From positions 64,001-128,000 of the forward strand of contig CAVPCQ010000039.1 in assembly GCA_963702425.1 (NCBI GenBank): DNA of 64,000 nt, in the 5' to 3' direction. Origin of the DNA: an uncultured Acidobacteriota bacterium (lineage in GTDB: Bacteria > Acidobacteriota > Polarisedimenticolia > J045). The position numbers were made by a program, and so were the translations under genes. Position 1 is the stretch's first letter. Every line of letters starts with the position of its first letter. Shown in pieces: positions 40,310 through 49,526 of the stretch. The notes under the pieces were generated by a model. It made no database searches. It was given only the letters and a program-made list of their open reading frames with translations, and was not told the origin of the DNA.

Positions 40310-41238
40310 CACCGCGACCCCTCCCGGTCGGTGGCGGCGAGGAAGGCGTCCTCCAGGGAGGGGAGACGCCGAGACAGCTCGCGCAGCGCAATCCCCTGCG
40401 CGGCGGCGGCCCGGCCGGCGGCCTCGCGCTCGTCGCCAGCGGCGGCGAACTCGAGCCGGTGCCAGCCGTCGCCCAGGTCGAGCTCGGAGAGCGGAGGACC
40501 GAGCCGCGCGAGCGCGCCCTTCAGCGCCGGGGCGTCCACGGCCGCGCACTCGACGCGGATCGCCGCCCCGGCCGTGCTGGCCCGCAGCGCGGCGACGGTG
40601 CCCGTCGCCGAGACCCGCCCGCCGGCGAGGATGACGACGCGGTCGCACGCCTGTTCGACCTCGGCCAGCTGGTGCGACGAGAAGAGGATTGCGCGGCCGG
40701 GAGCGAGCGCGCGGATCAGCCCGCGCGTTTCGGCCGCCTGCTGCGGGTCGAGGCCGGCCGTCGGCTCGTCGAGCACGAGCACCGGCGGAGCGCCGAGCAG
40801 GGCTCCGGCCAGCCCGACGCGCTGTCGGAAGCCCCGGGACAGGGTGTCGACCAGGGCCCGCGCGGCAGCGCCCAGCCGGCAGGCCTCGAGCGCCTCGTCG
40901 ATCGTGCGGGCGCGCTCGCGGCGCGGGATGTCCCGGAGGCCGGCGCGGAACTCGAGGTACTCGCGAACACGCAGCTCGGGCGGCAGTGCGAGCTGCTCGG
41001 GGAGGTAGCCCAGCCGGCGTCGCGCCTCCGTCGGCCGGGCCACGATGTCGATGCCGCCGAGGCGCGCCGTTCCCCCGTCCGGCACGAGCACGCCGGCGAC
41101 GATCCGGAGCGTCGTCGTCTTGCCGGCGCCGTTCGGGCCGAGCAGCCCGACGACCTCGCCCGGCGCCGCGGTGAAGCTCACCTCGTCCACGGCCTGCACG
41201 GGGCCGAATCGCCGGGCGAGCCGGTCGGCCTCGATCAC
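40309..41238 (-). CDS. ABC transporter ATP-binding protein (GldA-like)
   Basis: 'GPNGAGKTT', 'LSRGFRQRVGLA', 'LVLDEPTAGLDP', 'FSSHQL'. Confidence 0.93.
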   Translation of the reverse strand: MIEADRLARRFGPVQAVDEVSFTAAPGEVVGLLGPNGAGKTTTLRIVAGVLVPDGGTARLGGIDIVARPTEARRRLGYLPEQLALPPELRVREYLEFRAGLRDIPRRERARTIDEALEACRLGAAARALVDTLSRGFRQRVGLAGALLGAPPVLVLDEPTAGLDPQQAAETRGLIRALAPGRAILFSSHQLAEVEQACDRVVILAGGRVSATGTVAALRASTAGAAIRVECAAVDAPALKGALARLGPPLSELDLGDGWHRLEFAAAGDEREAAGRAAAAQGIALRELSRRLPSLEDAFLAATDREGSR

Positions 41239-42134
41239 TCGGGCGGCTCGGCCCGGCGCTCCGGGATCGGCAGCCGGTCGGGAGCGTTCCACGTGAGGGG
41301 CGGGATCTCGTCCTTCACCTCGGTGCCGAAGAACCGGTAGTCGTCGTACGTGATCACCTGGCGCGAGACGGTGCGTCGCTGGTCCTCGTGCACGAGCTGG
41401 AAGGTGAGCAGCTCGGAACGCGTCGGATAGGTGTAACCCTCGTGGTCGAAATCGAAATCGACGGTCAGCTCGATCCCGATCGGGGGCGGCGCGAACGAGA
41501 TCCCGATGAACCGGAAGGCGGTGAGGTAGCGCGCCAGCTCGGTTCTCAGCCGCTCGTCCTGCAGGCTCGGCCGGGCCACGATGCGCACCAGGTTTCCGGA
41601 GCGGTACTCGACCTCCGCGGTGCCGGTCCACTCGGTGATCCGCCGCTGGCCGGCCACCGGCGCGGAGGTCACCCACGAGACCGGGATCGCGAGCCTGTAG
41701 GGGGTGGTGTGCCAGTCGCCGACCGAGAAACGCAACGTCGAGCGGATCCCGGGCCGGAAGATCTGGGTCCAGAGCAGGGGTTCGGGGAAGGGGAGATCGA
41801 CGCGCTCCTCCTTCGTCTCGCCGGGCCGGGTGCGGAAGGCCCGGAACCCCTCCGGGCCGGCCCCTTCACGCACCAGCAGGTAGTCGTAGACCTCGACCTT
41901 CTCGCGCTTCGCCTCTTCGTCCGAGTAGCGCGCCTGGCGCACGCTCTCCGTCACGGAGAAGCCGAGCGCGCGCCGTGCGTAACCGTTGGACTTGGCCTCC
42001 AGCACGTGCGCCAGCTCTTCGGGGAGCGGCGCCCAGGCGGGCGGGTACGGTCCGTCGTCGCGCGTGTCGGGCGGTGCGGCCCATGCGGCGACGACCAGTG
42101 CCAGGCCGACGAGCGCCGCGGCAGCCGGCCTCAC
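41235..42134 (-). CDS. Secreted hypothetical protein
   Basis: GTG start overlapping the add stop; signal peptide; beta-rich body. Confidence 0.7.
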   Translation of the reverse strand: MRPAAAALVGLALVVAAWAAPPDTRDDGPYPPAWAPLPEELAHVLEAKSNGYARRALGFSVTESVRQARYSDEEAKREKVEVYDYLLVREGAGPEGFRAFRTRPGETKEERVDLPFPEPLLWTQIFRPGIRSTLRFSVGDWHTTPYRLAIPVSWVTSAPVAGQRRITEWTGTAEVEYRSGNLVRIVARPSLQDERLRTELARYLTAFRFIGISFAPPPIGIELTVDFDFDHEGYTYPTRSELLTFQLVHEDQRRTVSRQVITYDDYRFFGTEVKDEIPPLTWNAPDRLPIPERRAEPPE

Positions 42135-43153
42135 GCCTCCCCCTGGCGACCGATGAAGGAGAAGCCGGCCGCCTCGCGGTGGATCCGGCGCAGCGTCGCG
42201 AGGGCACCGTGGCCGAGATGGGGCGCGAGGCGCACCGCTTCGAGATCCTGGTCGGTGGCGGAGACGACGGTGTTGTCGGTGCAGAGCGCGACCGGGACGC
42301 CGGCCTCGAGGAAGCGCAGGATCGGGTGCGGCGCCCCCCTGGCCACCGCGCCCGTCTGGTAGTTCGACGTGGGGCAGCACTCGACGCAGATCCGGTCCTT
42401 CGCAAGTCGGCGCAGCAGGGCGCGGTCGGTGATCGCGGAGCAGCCGTGGCCGATCCGCTGCGCACCCAGCTCGTCGATCGCCTCCCAGACGTACTCCGGC
42501 CCGGCCGCCTCACCCGCGTGCACGGTCAGCCCGAGCCCTCCCTTGCGCGCGATGTCGAACGACTCGCGGAAGAGGTGCGGCGGGTTGCCGCGCTCGGGAC
42601 CGGCGATGTCGAAGCCGACGACCCCGGTCCGTTCGTGCAGGTGCTCGGCCTCGGCGATCGCCTGGCGGGCGAGGATCTTGGCGATGTGCGGCCCGTGCTG
42701 GCGCATCGCGATCACGACCAGGCCGCAGCGGATGCGGGGATGGGCCTTCTGGACGTGGTTGAAACCGGAGAGGACCGCGCGGATCGCCTGCCGCACATTG
42801 AGGCCGGCGTAGGTGTGGATGACCGGCGAGTAGCGCAGTTCCAGCACCTCGACGCGGTGGGCCAGGGCGTCGCGTACGATCGCGATCGAGGCCTCGCGCA
42901 CGTTCTCGTAGAACTGCGTGATCCAGAGCGGGTAGTAGAACTTGTCGAGGTAGGAGAGGAGCGAGCCCTCCTCCTCCGGCTGCAGCACCAGCCGGCGGCG
43001 CATCTCCGCGGCCGTCTCGACCGGGTTCAGGCCGTGGTGCCGGAGCAGCCGCCATTGGGTCCGCAGCGGGATCGAGCCGTCGACGTGTTGGTGCAGCTCC
43101 ACCTTCCGGAGCGCCTGGATCGAGGCGGGGACCTTCGGCCGGCGAACCGCCAT
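42131..43153 (-). CDS. add: Adenosine deaminase family amidohydrolase
   Basis: 'KVELHQHVDGS', 'ELRYSP', 'GFDIAGPE', 'VHAGE', 'RIGHG', 'CPTSN', 'CTDN'. Confidence 0.9.
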   Translation of the reverse strand: MAVRRPKVPASIQALRKVELHQHVDGSIPLRTQWRLLRHHGLNPVETAAEMRRRLVLQPEEEGSLLSYLDKFYYPLWITQFYENVREASIAIVRDALAHRVEVLELRYSPVIHTYAGLNVRQAIRAVLSGFNHVQKAHPRIRCGLVVIAMRQHGPHIAKILARQAIAEAEHLHERTGVVGFDIAGPERGNPPHLFRESFDIARKGGLGLTVHAGEAAGPEYVWEAIDELGAQRIGHGCSAITDRALLRRLAKDRICVECCPTSNYQTGAVARGAPHPILRFLEAGVPVALCTDNTVVSATDQDLEAVRLAPHLGHGALATLRRIHREAAGFSFIGRQGEA

Positions 43154-43157
43154 CGGC

Positions 43158-43418
43158 TCAGCGGTCCGCGGCTTCAACGTCGTCGGCGTCGCCGAACCCG
43201 GCGTGGGATCCGGGCGGTTCGACCGTCAGGAGGGCAGCCCAACGCGGCCGCGCGGGCGGCGCACCGAGCAGGCGCAGATTCGCGGCGCCCTGCCCGCAAT
43301 CGGAGCAATCGGGGTTCGTCTGCCAGTGGTGGCGGAAGACGCAGTCCTTCATGTTGTACCAGACGCGGAACTTCCAGCAGTAGAAGTCGTCGCGTGGACC
43401 GCGCGGGCCGATCTGCAT
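43158..43418 (-). CDS. Small four-Cys protein (86 aa)
   Basis: GGAGGTG RBS; 'DDFYCWKFRVWYNMKDCVFRHHWQTNPDCSDCGQG'. Confidence 0.7.
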   Translation of the reverse strand: MQIGPRGPRDDFYCWKFRVWYNMKDCVFRHHWQTNPDCSDCGQGAANLRLLGAPPARPRWAALLTVEPPGSHAGFGDADDVEAADR

Positions 43419-43485
43419 CGGCACACCTCCGGGATGGGCGGGCAGGATAACAAACGGTCCGGGGCGGGGCCAGAATGGGTGGACG

Positions 43486-44853
43486 ATGGCGGAAAGGGCG
43501 ACGACCCGGGATGTCACGCGCGCCTTGCGGCGGGCCGGCATCGCGCTCGCCGCGGTGCAGGTTCTGATCGCCGGCTGGGCCTGGTGGCGGATGCTGCACC
43601 GCGGGGTGGGGCAGACCGACATCGTCGGCTCAGCCTTCGCCCTGCTGATCACGGCGCTGGCCGCGAGCCTCGTCGCGACCTGGCCGCTCGTGGCCCGCCG
43701 CGGGACGCGGGCAGCGGTGGCCTGGGTCGCCGCCGCCGTGCTGGCTTTGCCGGTCAGCGCTTGGCTCGCGCTGCGCTCCGCCGAGCCGCGCTACCGCTAC
43801 GAGATCTCACTCTCGAGCGGCTCGTACGATGCACCGGACGGTGCCTTCCGCTGGAGCGTCACGCTGGCCGAACCGTTCACCGCGGGTCATCACGCCCTGC
43901 TCGAGATCGAGCGCGACGGTCGCTCGACGACGTTGCCGATCGCGCTGCGGCGCTCCCCGCGCGACAACGTCGCCGCCGGGGCCTGGGGGCTGGCGCTGCG
44001 GCCGCTGGGCGAGGGGCGCTACTGGCTCACCGTCGGGACCGCGTGGGCACGCGGCGGGCCGCAGTACTTCCTGCTCGAGTGGTCGGGGGCGACCCCGCGG
44101 CTGAAGGAGATCGTGCGTGGCCTCGTGGTCGAGGACGGCCGCGCGCGCTGGGACTGCGGCGTCTGGGGCGAGGAGCTGCGAGCCAGCCCGGAGCCGGACG
44201 ACCTCTGCCGGCAGGACGGCACGCTGCCGCCGGTCCGCGCCTGCCGGCTGGAGCGCCTCGCGGCCGCGTGCGAGGCGGCGGTCGCGCCGGCTGCGGGATG
44301 TCAGCCCGAGCTCGCCGGCGACGCGCTGGCGGTCGTCGCGTGCCTGGAACGGCGGGCCCGGGATGGGGACCCGCTGGCCTGGGACGCGCTGGTGCTGGCC
44401 TCGACCGTGGGCCGCGACGGGGGCGCCCTCTACGACCTGCTGGCGCGCTCGCTCGCGGCCGAGCAGCCGCGTGATCCAGCCTGCGCCGCGCTGCGCCACG
44501 GTGCGCGGCAACTCGCCGCCGGTCGCCGGCTCGGGCGCTGGTGGGAGTGGGTGCGCCTCGACGGCGCCCGGACGCTACTGGAGGCGCATGGTGTCCCGGG
44601 GGCGGAGCGCGGGCGGTGTCCCTCGCTGCCACCGGTCGCCGCGGAACTCGCGCGCGAGCGACCGGCGCTGGCGTGGGAGGCAGCCCTGGTGGCGCGCGAC
44701 GCGGGACGCGGCGACGAGTCGTGCTCCCGGGTGCTGGCCATGGCGGCGAGCGGCGAGATCGAGCGGCTGGCGTCGCCAGAGCGGGAGGCCGCCGACGCGT
44801 GGCGCGCGGCCTGCGCCGCGCGCGGCGCCGCTACCCCCGCTGCCGTGCGGTGA
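43486..44853 (+). CDS. Hypothetical membrane-anchored protein
   Basis: Three N-terminal TMs and a Cys-containing extracytoplasmic part; coding-like GC3. Confidence 0.65.
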   Translation: MAERATTRDVTRALRRAGIALAAVQVLIAGWAWWRMLHRGVGQTDIVGSAFALLITALAASLVATWPLVARRGTRAAVAWVAAAVLALPVSAWLALRSAEPRYRYEISLSSGSYDAPDGAFRWSVTLAEPFTAGHHALLEIERDGRSTTLPIALRRSPRDNVAAGAWGLALRPLGEGRYWLTVGTAWARGGPQYFLLEWSGATPRLKEIVRGLVVEDGRARWDCGVWGEELRASPEPDDLCRQDGTLPPVRACRLERLAAACEAAVAPAAGCQPELAGDALAVVACLERRARDGDPLAWDALVLASTVGRDGGALYDLLARSLAAEQPRDPACAALRHGARQLAAGRRLGRWWEWVRLDGARTLLEAHGVPGAERGRCPSLPPVAAELARERPALAWEAALVARDAGRGDESCSRVLAMAASGEIERLASPEREAADAWRAACAARGAATPAAVR

Positions 44854-45062
44854 GGCGCCGAATGATCTCGTCCTCAGCCCGGAAAGTCACCGGACTGGTG
44901 CTTGCTGAAGACGAGGTCGCCCTCGGCGAAGATGTCGAACACCCCGCCCGAGCCGCCGACCAGCTCGGGCTCGGCGCCGACCTCGGACCGGATTCTGGCC
45001 GCGAGACTCGCAGCCCGGGGGAGGTAGTTTCAAGCCGTGCAGTAGACGATCCGGACTTTCAT
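44831..45062 (-). CDS. Rdx-family (SelT/SelW/SelH) selenoprotein, CxxU motif
   Basis: MKVRIVYCTA-UGA(45030-45032)-NYLPRAASLAARIR...GGSGGVFDIF...LVFSKHQSGDFP. One extra G near 44878 hides the C-terminus 'AEDEIIRRL'; as assembled the frame stops at 44874. Confidence 0.9.
44997..45015 (-). promoter_or_regulatory. Bacterial SECIS hairpin
   Basis: GGCUGCG-AGUCU-CGCGGCC with a G in the apical loop about 22 nt downstream of the in-frame UGA. Confidence 0.7.
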
Positions 45063-45164
45063 CGGGCAGCCCTCCAGGACGGGTGTGGCCGGAGATCCTA
45101 GCCCGGAACTGCGGGACCGGCCCGGGTCCGTGCCACGGGCGCCCGGCGGCGGCGCGGGCCCGGC

Positions 45165-46100
45165 TCAGCGCCGGGCGAGCAGGCTGTCGGGTGCGAGCGC
45201 GACGCTGCGGTTCCGGCCCTGGTTCTTCGCGCTGTAGAGCGCCTGGTCGGCGGCCCGCAGCAGGTCCTCGGCTCCGACATCGATCGGGGGCTGCAGCGAG
45301 GAGACGCCGACGCTGATCGTCACGACCCCGGACGGGGGGTTTTCGGGGTGCGGAATCGCGAGCCGCTCGACCGCCTGGCGCAGGCGGTCGGCGACGGTGA
45401 ACCCGCCGCGCTCGTCGGTCTCCGGGAAGATGCAGGTGAATTCCTCGCCGCCATAACGGAAACACTGGTCCGAGGTCCGCACCGTCTCGTCGATCGCGGC
45501 CGCGACGGCGCGCAGCGCGTTGTCTCCAGCCTCGTGGCCGAAGCGGTCGTTGAAGGCCTTGAACCGGTCGATGTCGATCATCGCGACCGAGAGGAAGCGC
45601 TGGAACCGTCGGGCCAGCTCGAACGAATGCCGATACTCCAAGTCGAAGTGCCGCCGGTTGCCGATCCCGGTCAGACCATCGACGCGCGTCATCCGCTCGA
45701 GCATCTGGTTCTTCTCCTGCAGTGCCGCCTGCAGGTCGAGGATCCGGCGGCCCGCCGTCAGGCGCGCCATCAGCTCGTCGCGGTGCCAGGGTTTGCCGAC
45801 GAAGTCGTCGGCCCCCGCCTCGAGCGCCTCGGCGGCGTCGCGACTCTCCGACTTGGAGGTCAGGAGGATGACGTAGACGTAGCGGCCGAGTTCACCGCCG
45901 CGGATCTCTTGGACCAGCTGGAGGCCGTCCATCTCGGGCATCATCCAGTCGGTGACGACGAGACCGATCTGCTCGGCGCGCAGGACGTCCCACGCCTCGC
46001 GCCCGTCGGCGGCGGCGACGACGTCGTAGCCCATCCGCGCGACGGCTGCGGTCAGCATCCGCCGGGAGACCGGCTCGTCCTCGACGACCAGGATGCGCAT
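45165..46100 (-). CDS. Response regulator diguanylate cyclase (REC-GGDEF)
   Basis: 'RILVVEDE', 'TDWMMPEMDG', 'DGLTGIGNRR', 'DIDRFKAFND', 'RYGGEEF'. Confidence 0.95.
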   Translation of the reverse strand: MRILVVEDEPVSRRMLTAAVARMGYDVVAAADGREAWDVLRAEQIGLVVTDWMMPEMDGLQLVQEIRGGELGRYVYVILLTSKSESRDAAEALEAGADDFVGKPWHRDELMARLTAGRRILDLQAALQEKNQMLERMTRVDGLTGIGNRRHFDLEYRHSFELARRFQRFLSVAMIDIDRFKAFNDRFGHEAGDNALRAVAAAIDETVRTSDQCFRYGGEEFTCIFPETDERGGFTVADRLRQAVERLAIPHPENPPSGVVTISVGVSSLQPPIDVGAEDLLRAADQALYSAKNQGRNRSVALAPDSLLARR

Positions 46101-46453
46101 CAGGCAGAGAACTCCCTCGTGAACGCGGCGACTCGCTCGAGTTCCGCTGCGAGGTCACCGGCCAGCGCGGCGAGCCCGGTCCCGTCGCCGGCCCGCCCGC
46201 GGCTCTCGATCGCGTAGGCGATGTCGCGGGCCCGGCCCGCCGCCAGGTTCGCGGCCGCTCCCTTGATGCTGTGCGCCGCCGAGGCGACCTCCTTCAGGTC
46301 CCCGGCGGAGAGCGCCCCCGCCAGCCGTTCGAGACGCTGGCGGGCGTCGTCGAGGAAGAGATCGAGCAGTTCCCGATAGAACTCGCGATCGTCCCCGGCG
46401 CGCGCCAGGCCATCCGCGAGGTCGACCGGACAAACATCGCACGACACAGTCAT
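46100..46453 (-). CDS. Stand-alone Hpt phosphotransfer protein
   Basis: '[14 protein letters not shown]'; stop overlaps the DGC start. Confidence 0.9.
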   Translation of the reverse strand: MTVSCDVCPVDLADGLARAGDDREFYRELLDLFLDDARQRLERLAGALSAGDLKEVASAAHSIKGAAANLAAGRARDIAYAIESRGRAGDGTGLAALAGDLAAELERVAAFTREFSA

Positions 46454-46626
46454 GTGTCCCTCTCGACCGGTGCGGGCCGGTCGGTCTGCGCCCCTCCCCC
46501 AGCGGGGACCAAAGAGAATGTAGGCGGCGCGGGGCGTTCGGCCCAGTCCGGCGTTGCGTTCCGCCGGCCGGCAGCCAGAATGGCGGAAACGCCGGGAGAA
46601 CGCGCCCCCGGCGGGGAGTTCCGGCC

Positions 46627-47022
46627 GTGCCGCTCGCCCCTTCCCGCGACCTCGAAACGGTTCCCAACCCGGCACCGGAGCGGCCCTACCGGATCCGGAT
46701 GGTTGCCCCGGAGTTCACCTGCCTGTGCCCCCGGACCGGTCAGCCCGACTTTGCGGCGATCGAGATCGACTACGTTCCCGGCCCGCGCCTGGTCGAGCTG
46801 AAGTCGCTCAAGCAGTACCTCTGGTCGTGGCGCAACGAGGGGATCTTCCACGAGGCGGTGACGAACCGGATCCTCGACGACCTCTGCCGGGTCCTCGACC
46901 CCGCCTGGATGCGCGTCACCGGTCACTTCAAGGTCCGGGGCGGGGTCACGACGACGGTTGCAGCCCAGCACGGGACGCCCCCTGCGACGATGCCGGAGTG
47001 CCCGGCGCCGCAGGGACTGTGA
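46627..47022 (+). CDS. queF: NADPH-dependent preQ0 reductase (QueF type I)
   Basis: '[16 protein letters not shown]', '[10 protein letters not shown]', 'FHEAVTN', 'VRGG'. Confidence 0.93.
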   Translation: MPLAPSRDLETVPNPAPERPYRIRMVAPEFTCLCPRTGQPDFAAIEIDYVPGPRLVELKSLKQYLWSWRNEGIFHEAVTNRILDDLCRVLDPAWMRVTGHFKVRGGVTTTVAAQHGTPPATMPECPAPQGL

Positions 47023-47029
47023 GGCGGCT

Positions 47030-47353
47030 GTGGCCGGGCCGCGCGCGCGCGCGATCGAGATCTTCCCGAACGGCGAGGTGGGGATCGTCTGGGACGACGG
47101 TCGCGAGGATTTCCACTCCGCCCGGGCGCTGCGGCTGGCCTGCCCCTGTGCCGAGTGCGTCGACGAGCTGACCGGCCAGAAACGGCTCGACCCGGCGCGG
47201 GTCCACGCCGCGCTGAGGGCCCTTCACTGGGCGCCGGTCGGGCACTACGCGGTGCAGTTCCGCTGGTCGGACGGGCACGACACCGGGCTCTTCACGTTCG
47301 AGACCCTGCGCGCGCTCGGCGGGGCGGACGTGGCCGGTTCGAACGGTCCCTAG
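47030..47353 (+). CDS. DUF971 / GBBH-like N-terminal domain protein
   Basis: 'IVWDDG', 'LRLACPCAEC', 'VGHYAVQFRWSDGHDTGLF'. Confidence 0.88.
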   Translation: MAGPRARAIEIFPNGEVGIVWDDGREDFHSARALRLACPCAECVDELTGQKRLDPARVHAALRALHWAPVGHYAVQFRWSDGHDTGLFTFETLRALGGADVAGSNGP

Positions 47354-47405
47354 TCCGCCTCCGGTCGCACGGGGCCGGCAGCGCCGGCCCCGTGCGGGGG
47401 AAGAG

Positions 47406-47831
47406 TCAGTCCAGCAACGGCGCTCCGCGGCCGCCGGGGAGTGGAGCCTCGCCGATGCCGGCCCCGGTGGCGCCGAGCGGGAGCCAGAGCACCCGGGGGA
47501 GCGAGCCGGGGAGGAGCTCCAGGAACGGCTCCAGCCACGGGACTCCGGTGGTCGGATCGGCCAGGGCGGTCGGCGGTCCGGCCGCGGTTGACCCCGGCGC
47601 GGGCGGGATCGACAGGGTCGACGGGGGGGATCCCGGCCCCGCTCCAATCGAAACCGGCCACGGGCTGCCAGCGTCGCCGCCGTACCGGTCGTGGTCGAGG
47701 GAGGGGTTCTCGGTCCTGTCGGGGGAGCCGCGGCCGTCAGGGCTCTGCTCCTGGGCCATGGCGGCGGACGGGAAGACGAGCAGGGCGGCGAGCAGAACGC
47801 GCCGCGGGACGACACAGAGGGTGAGTCTCAT
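47406..47831 (-). CDS. Secreted Pro/Gly-rich protein (141 aa)
   Basis: GGAGG RBS; ATG overlaps the upstream TGA; signal peptide 'VLLAALLVFPSAAMA-QEQ'. Confidence 0.65.
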   Translation of the reverse strand: MRLTLCVVPRRVLLAALLVFPSAAMAQEQSPDGRGSPDRTENPSLDHDRYGGDAGSPWPVSIGAGPGSPPSTLSIPPAPGSTAAGPPTALADPTTGVPWLEPFLELLPGSLPRVLWLPLGATGAGIGEAPLPGGRGAPLLD

Positions 47832-49015
47832 CAGCGGACCTCCCTGGCGAGCGCGGGCACGACTTCGGCGTGACCGCGCGGTTCGAGCAGTGGGCGCACG
47901 TCCTCCGCGCCCGTGGGGAACGACTCCAGGAAACGAACGACGTGGCGAAGCGACCGCAGCGCGGCGCGGGCCTCGGCCTGGTCGCGCTCGCGCACGCCCA
48001 GCCGCCAGAGCTCGAGGTAGACGTCGAAGAGCTCGGGCGCCAGGTCGAGCTTGCGCGCGAGCCGCCGGGCCTGGGCGAGAAGTGCGCGCGCCGCGTCGCT
48101 GCGGCGGCGGAGCCCTTCGACCCGCGCCTCCTCGACCAGCGCCTGAACGACCACCTGCGACAGCCCGCGAGCCTCGGCCACGGCCCGAGCCCGCCGTGCC
48201 CAATCGACCGCCTGGGGCAGGCGGCCGCGCCGCCGTTCGATCGCTGCCAGCGCGGCCATGCCGGCCGCCTCGAGCTGCAGCTCCCCGCCGCGCCGCGCTC
48301 CATCGATCGCTTGCAGCCAGGCCTCGAGGGCCGCGTCGAGCTGACCGTCTGCCTCGAGACACTGGGCGTTGAGCGCGGACGCGCCGGCCTCGATCTCCGC
48401 CGGCCACGGGCGTGGCACCTCGCGCAGCGCCGCGTGCGCGGCGCGCGCGAGCAGCGGCTGCCCCAGGCCGAAGGCGACGCGGACGACGAGGAACAGTGCC
48501 CAGGCCCGATCTTCCGGGGCCAGGGTCTCGGCCATCAGGTCGTCGAGGATGGCGCGCGCGGCGTGGAACCGACCGGCTGCCGCCAGCGCGCGCGCGGTGC
48601 CGATCCGGCTGCGGGCTCGCGGACGTGGGCTCCCCGATTCGAGGGCCCGCACCTCGGCCTGTTCGTAGAGCAGCAGCGCGCGCGCGACCTCCCCGGCCAG
48701 GCCCGCCTGGCGGGCGCGCGCCAGGAGGTCATCCAGCGGCCACTGGTCGAGTCCCTCCTGTTCGAGCCGTGCCAGCTCGTGTGACAGTTCCAGCCGCTCT
48801 GCGAGCAGCCCGAGGCGGACGCGGTAGAGCCGCGACAGCGCCATGAGCTTGAGAGCGGAGACCCGGGCCTTCCCGTTCTCGAGTCGCGATAGCAGGGAGC
48901 GCGTGACCGGTTCGGGCTCCTGTAGCGTCAGCCGCTCGACGTCCTCGAGCGTCAGCCGCCGCGACTCTCGAAGGGCCCGGATGTAGCTCCCGAACCGCTT
49001 CGATCCTGCAACCAC
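47831..49015 (-). CDS. XRE-type HTH plus TPR transcriptional regulator
   Basis: 'FGSYIRALRESRRLTLEDV...RSLLSRLENG' followed by TPR-like helical repeats; GGAGGT RBS before GTG at 49015. Confidence 0.85.
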   Translation of the reverse strand: MVAGSKRFGSYIRALRESRRLTLEDVERLTLQEPEPVTRSLLSRLENGKARVSALKLMALSRLYRVRLGLLAERLELSHELARLEQEGLDQWPLDDLLARARQAGLAGEVARALLLYEQAEVRALESGSPRPRARSRIGTARALAAAGRFHAARAILDDLMAETLAPEDRAWALFLVVRVAFGLGQPLLARAAHAALREVPRPWPAEIEAGASALNAQCLEADGQLDAALEAWLQAIDGARRGGELQLEAAGMAALAAIERRRGRLPQAVDWARRARAVAEARGLSQVVVQALVEEARVEGLRRRSDAARALLAQARRLARKLDLAPELFDVYLELWRLGVRERDQAEARAALRSLRHVVRFLESFPTGAEDVRPLLEPRGHAEVVPALAREVR

Positions 49016-49526
49016 TTGACCTCCCTTGCCGGGCGGCAGCGATAGCGCCCCCAACCTGGCGCCCAGGTCCACCCGGCGGCGGGAGAGGAATTACGCGGAT
49101 ACGCGGTGCGGATCGAGGGGTTCGCGGGGGAAAGGACGCGGATGGCTCGGGGAATCCCCAAGCACGTGCCGAGTCGCGGTCGGCGGCGTCCCAGCACCGC
49201 AACGCCCGCTCAGAGCGCGGCACGAAGGCGGACCTCGGCGAAGCCGGGGTCGGGAGGCCGGGGAGGCCCAACGCAAGCCGGCTCGTCAGTTGAATCGGAG
49301 ACAGCGACCGCAGGCCGAGCGGCCCGGGGACTCACCTCGCCGCGCACGGACGACCATCCGACGCCGGGCGGCTCTTCCCGCCCGGGCCCGACGCGCGGCC
49401 CGCGGATGCCGTGACGATGTCACGCGAAACGGCGGGCAAGCCAGCCACACCGCGCGTGTCATCCTGACAACGCGTCCCCTTCGATCCGGAACGGCGCACT
49501 CGGCCTGATGCTTTTCCGAGAGGCGG

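Noticed and set aside
1075-41008. Very long alternative-frame ORFs (for example 1075-4083, 6218-9688, 13717-17268, 37004-41008)
   Set aside because: Arg/Pro/Ala-rich shadow ORFs expected at high GC; they overlap well-supported genes and have no motifs.
38087-41238. Gliding motility or type IX secretion assignment for the Gld-like ABC genes
   Set aside because: GldAFG-like transporters are widespread outside gliding Bacteroidota, and no other gld, spr or por genes are in the window.
44874-44876. Second UGA in the Rdx gene as another Sec
   Set aside because: Removing one G restores the family-typical 'FPAEDEIIRRL' ending; likely an indel error.
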